Positions 60,866 through 64,000 of a stretch of 64,000 nt of DNA are shown in pieces (positions within the stretch are counted from its first letter, which is position 1; each line of letters opens with the position of its first letter). The stretch is from an uncultured Ignavibacteriales bacterium. GTDB taxonomy: Bacteria > Zixibacteria > MSB-5A5 > GN15 > FEB-12. The stretch lies in contig CAYXJN010000006.1 in NCBI GenBank assembly GCA_964464605.1, positions 1-64,000 on the forward strand. The letters are read 5' to 3'. The notes under the pieces were generated by a model. It did not search any database. It saw nothing but the letters and a program-made list of their open reading frames with translations, and was not told the DNA's origin. A program made the translations under genes and the position numbers.

Positions 60866-60920
60866 TGAGAGGCAGCGTTCGTTCAGATCGCTACATCATA
60901 TAGTATTCACCCAATCTCTC

Positions 60921-63350
60921 TTACGGACAGGATGAACAGCTAAACGGAGTACAACTGGTAACGTACTGAACTAAGACAGAAAGGTCTGCCGTAGTAACGC
61001 CAGCAGCGCAACTGTGACTAACTCGCCCTGAGGTGCTGTCAGGTGCGGGTCCGCCACTGAACAAGTATGCCTGCAGATAAATGATATCGTTGCGATCAAC
61101 AACGCCATCGTTGTTTACATCACCCGGTTGGCAACCGTTGTTACCCGGGGCAATTTTGATAACGACGGCATCTGAATCACCATTGATCGACTTGTCGTAA
61201 CTGAGAATCGCCCCGCTTGAAAATAGATTAGCACCGGTGGATTTTGCGGCGAGGTAAATGCTTTGACCTTGGTCGATTGCTATGCCGTATGCGGCATCAT
61301 ATGCAGTGTCACCGAGATATGAGGAAAAGAGAATGGTATTACCATCTTCAAAATGAGCGATAACGATATCTCTGCCGCCGCCATTGTAAGAGCCATCGAT
61401 AGCGTTTACTGATGGCCACCCGGTACTGTCGATTCTTCCTGCAATAAGTGGCTGGTCCAAGCTATCCAATGTTATATCATAAATCACTTCCTGGCCCGGG
61501 CCTCCTATATGCGTTGAGTACAGTAAACCCGACGCGCCTTGTGTGGGGTCAATCTTTGCCAAAAAAGCATCCGAAACGCCACTCTTACTGCCTTGATAGG
61601 CATTTACTACAGGGAAATTCGGGCTTGAGGTGGAGCCTGTAACATATATGAATCCATTATCATCGATCGTAAGTGACAGCGCAACGTCGTTGGAATCGCC
61701 GCCAATAAAAGTTGAATAAATTAATGATGCTGTAAATGAATCCTTAGTGTCAAAGACAGCAACAAACGCATCCCATTCCGCATCATACGTGTCTTCATAT
61801 GAGTCGACCATATCTAAATCGGATGAAGCTGATTGTCCTTCGATGTAGGCAATTTCGTCATCATCGACTGCGATTCCATATCCCGGAAACTCACCATTTG
61901 ATCCACCATACATGGTGCTGTATAAGACATCCGAACCATCGTCATTTAGTTTGGTGAGAAATACTTCCCACGTAGCTAAGCTGGCTGCGGTGTTAGTTTC
62001 AAATCCTTTGACATAGGGAAAGGAGTCTGTTGCTGCTCCGATATACGTTTCTCCGAGGATGTATGCATACTCATTGGTATCAACGTCGATGCCATACGCG
62101 TAATCGGCTCCAGCTCCGCCGATGAAAGTTGAGTAGAACAAATCGGTTCCGGTATTATCCAGTTTTGTGACGAACGCATCAGGGCGCTGCGAATTGGCAA
62201 AGTCGCCCCGATCAGTGTCGTATGCGCCGACAGTTGTCGGATAGTCGTCAGATCGAGTGTCACCAGTAATGTAAATATCACCATCATCGTCTAACGCGAT
62301 CCCATACCCTACATCAGAAGAGTCGCCACCGAGGAAAGTTGCGAAAACACGTGTTCCCGAACCGCTGTCGCGAGTGTTGAATTTGGCTACGAGCACATCA
62401 TAGCTACCGCCAATACCAGTCTGATATGCGCCGCCACTGGTCGGGAATGAGGAAGAGTTGGTGTAGCCGACCACGTATGCGTTATTGCAATCATCAACAG
62501 CGATATCCCAGCCAACATCAGTTCCCGAATGCCCGATATATGTTCCATACGATATTTGCGGGTCGATTACCAAAGCAAGCGCCGGATTGTAGGTGTCCGG
62601 AAGGTCAAATGTTACGACGTTCGGTTCAGTCACTGCGTATTTCGCATCAAGCGGAATGCGAATTCCGTTTTGCTCCTGATACACAACTGGTTTATGCTGC
62701 GTGATAGTTGACCATTCAGTTTCAATCAGCAAATCACCTGTCGCGGCTACGGCAAGTGACTTCACGCCTTCATATGCAATCTGTATGAGGGAAGGGTCTG
62801 CGCCTGGAGCGAGTGAGAAATCATATTCAATTCTTCCGTTCGCGCCGTAGTAGTACAGGTCAGTGCCAGGATAGACATTATACAGGACAACTGAAGAATA
62901 GCTGGGAACGTCGGTTACCCATTTGTTGGGATCGTTGCCAAGGAAATAGTTTGATGTTCCTTCCAACAATCCCTGTGCAGTAGCATACGGTGTTGGATTG
63001 CTGCCACGAAGCGTTGTTGCTACTATGAGTTGTTCAAATTGTGGTAGTTTAGAGGTCGGAGCGTCTGTGTTCACCAGCCGCTGATCGTCAATGTCACCGA
63101 CAGAACGTGTCAATTGATATTGCATGCCGGTTTTAGTCACCCAGAGAGTTGCGTTAGGAACCGATGCCTGATAGAGAATGTGATCGGGAAACTGCCCCTT
63201 GTTTTCTGTGAAAGAAAGAGAAGAATTCTGTAAGCGTTCAAGCAGAGCCGATGCTTCCGGGTTAGCGGCAGCAAAGCTTACACAAGTTGTCAGTACGGTA
63301 AGAACCGAAAAAACAAAATAATAACATACACGCGCAGTTTTATTGTTCAT
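60921..63350 (-). CDS. SBBP beta-propeller repeat secreted protein with dockerin-like C-terminus
   Basis: FTENKGQ, NYFLG.DP.KW, LVIDP..Y.TY.G, repeated YSTF.GG...D....IA.D; GDVNNDGVV...DIIYL. Confidence 0.88.
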   Translation of the reverse strand: MNNKTARVCYYFVFSVLTVLTTCVSFAAANPEASALLERLQNSSLSFTENKGQFPDHILYQASVPNATLWVTKTGMQYQLTRSVGDIDDQRLVNTDAPTSKLPQFEQLIVATTLRGSNPTPYATAQGLLEGTSNYFLGNDPNKWVTDVPSYSSVVLYNVYPGTDLYYYGANGRIEYDFSLAPGADPSLIQIAYEGVKSLAVAATGDLLIETEWSTITQHKPVVYQEQNGIRIPLDAKYAVTEPNVVTFDLPDTYNPALALVIDPQISYGTYIGHSGTDVGWDIAVDDCNNAYVVGYTNSSSFPTSGGAYQTGIGGSYDVLVAKFNTRDSGSGTRVFATFLGGDSSDVGYGIALDDDGDIYITGDTRSDDYPTTVGAYDTDRGDFANSQRPDAFVTKLDNTGTDLFYSTFIGGAGADYAYGIDVDTNEYAYILGETYIGAATDSFPYVKGFETNTAASLATWEVFLTKLNDDGSDVLYSTMYGGSNGEFPGYGIAVDDDEIAYIEGQSASSDLDMVDSYEDTYDAEWDAFVAVFDTKDSFTASLIYSTFIGGDSNDVALSLTIDDNGFIYVTGSTSSPNFPVVNAYQGSKSGVSDAFLAKIDPTQGASGLLYSTHIGGPGQEVIYDITLDSLDQPLIAGRIDSTGWPSVNAIDGSYNGGGRDIVIAHFEDGNTILFSSYLGDTAYDAAYGIAIDQGQSIYLAAKSTGANLFSSGAILSYDKSINGDSDAVVIKIAPGNNGCQPGDVNNDGVVDRNDIIYLQAYLFSGGPAPDSTSGRVSHSCAAGVTTADLSVLVQYVTSCTPFSCSSCP

Positions 63351-63689
63351 AACTCCCATTCCTTTAAGAAGGTTACGAGTACTGTGCAGTTGCACGAATG
63401 TCCGGCGATGCGCAATTATCACATACGCGCACGACAACATTCATGGGTTATCGTGAAAAAAGAGACGCACGGAGCTACGGTGATCGCATAGAACAACTCC
63501 CTCTGGTGTCATTGCACCGCAAAGTGTTTGCTTAGTCTGCCTCTAACAATTTTTGTACTACGAGAAAATTTCTGCCGGTCATTGTTTGCACAATGCCCTC
63601 TTACAGCACAAGTATATGACAGGAAGTGTCAGTGTCAAACACTTCCTGATAAATGTGAAACGGAAATTCTAAAAGGACAATAGCGGGCG

Positions 63690-64000
63690 CTATTGTTTCA
63701 CTTCAGCAAGAATCGATTCGAACACATTGAAGATAATCTTTTGCGGTTTTTGCGGGAGACCGGGAATGGTGAATTCGGTCTTCTTGCCGGAGACGGCGAC
63801 CCGGATATATGCTGAACGGTCTTTATCTATCTGAATCTGCACCGGAACGTCGGTAATGAATTTGTCGTTTACCCCTTCGCTAAGAACGGTGCACACCGCC
63901 TTGTACGTATTGTTAGAGTCGGGTTGGATTTCGTACGAGAATGTATATGTGGGAAGCTCAGTGCCGTACACCCATTGATCGAAAAACCAGCTCATGTCAA
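63690..64000 (-). CDS. C-terminal part of an M1 aminopeptidase-like protein (partial)
   Basis: WFFDQWVYGTELP motif; runs off the window end. Confidence 0.7.
   Translation of the reverse strand, partial: DMSWFFDQWVYGTELPTYTFSYEIQPDSNNTYKAVCTVLSEGVNDKFITDVPVQIQIDKDRSAYIRVAVSGKKTEFTIPGLPQKPQKIIFNVFESILAEVKQ

Overview
Bacterial chromosomal window of roughly 50% GC by eye. Dockerin-tailed secreted proteins, PorV-like barrels, FlgD/T9SS-like C-terminal domains and PEP-CTERM proteins suggest an FCB-related lineage such as Zixibacteria (inference only). Housekeeping content: rdgB, murI, amidase, smpB, ligA, a tol-pal operon, an Fe-S mini-operon, pdxS, a heterodimeric ABC exporter, glycosyltransferases, sbcC and several response regulators. 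The most striking element is a ~10 kb phage-head module at 34148-44159: portal, large terminase, prohead protease, scaffold-like protein, decoration protein, major capsid, a propeller protein and a head-tail-adaptor-like protein. I see no integrase, replication, tail tube, tape-measure or endolysin gene. It is flanked and interrupted by host PEP-CTERM genes with sigma-54 promoters, which makes it a candidate domesticated gene-transfer-agent-like or tailless capsid system. Its terminase appears to begin at a non-canonical ATT codon. Other signals: a leader-peptide attenuator upstream of the ABC exporter, four tandem GspG-like pilin paralogues, recurring sigma-28-like promoters, and D-(S/T)-hydrophobic sequon enrichment in secreted proteins. 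All family calls come from motif recognition by eye; no database search was run.
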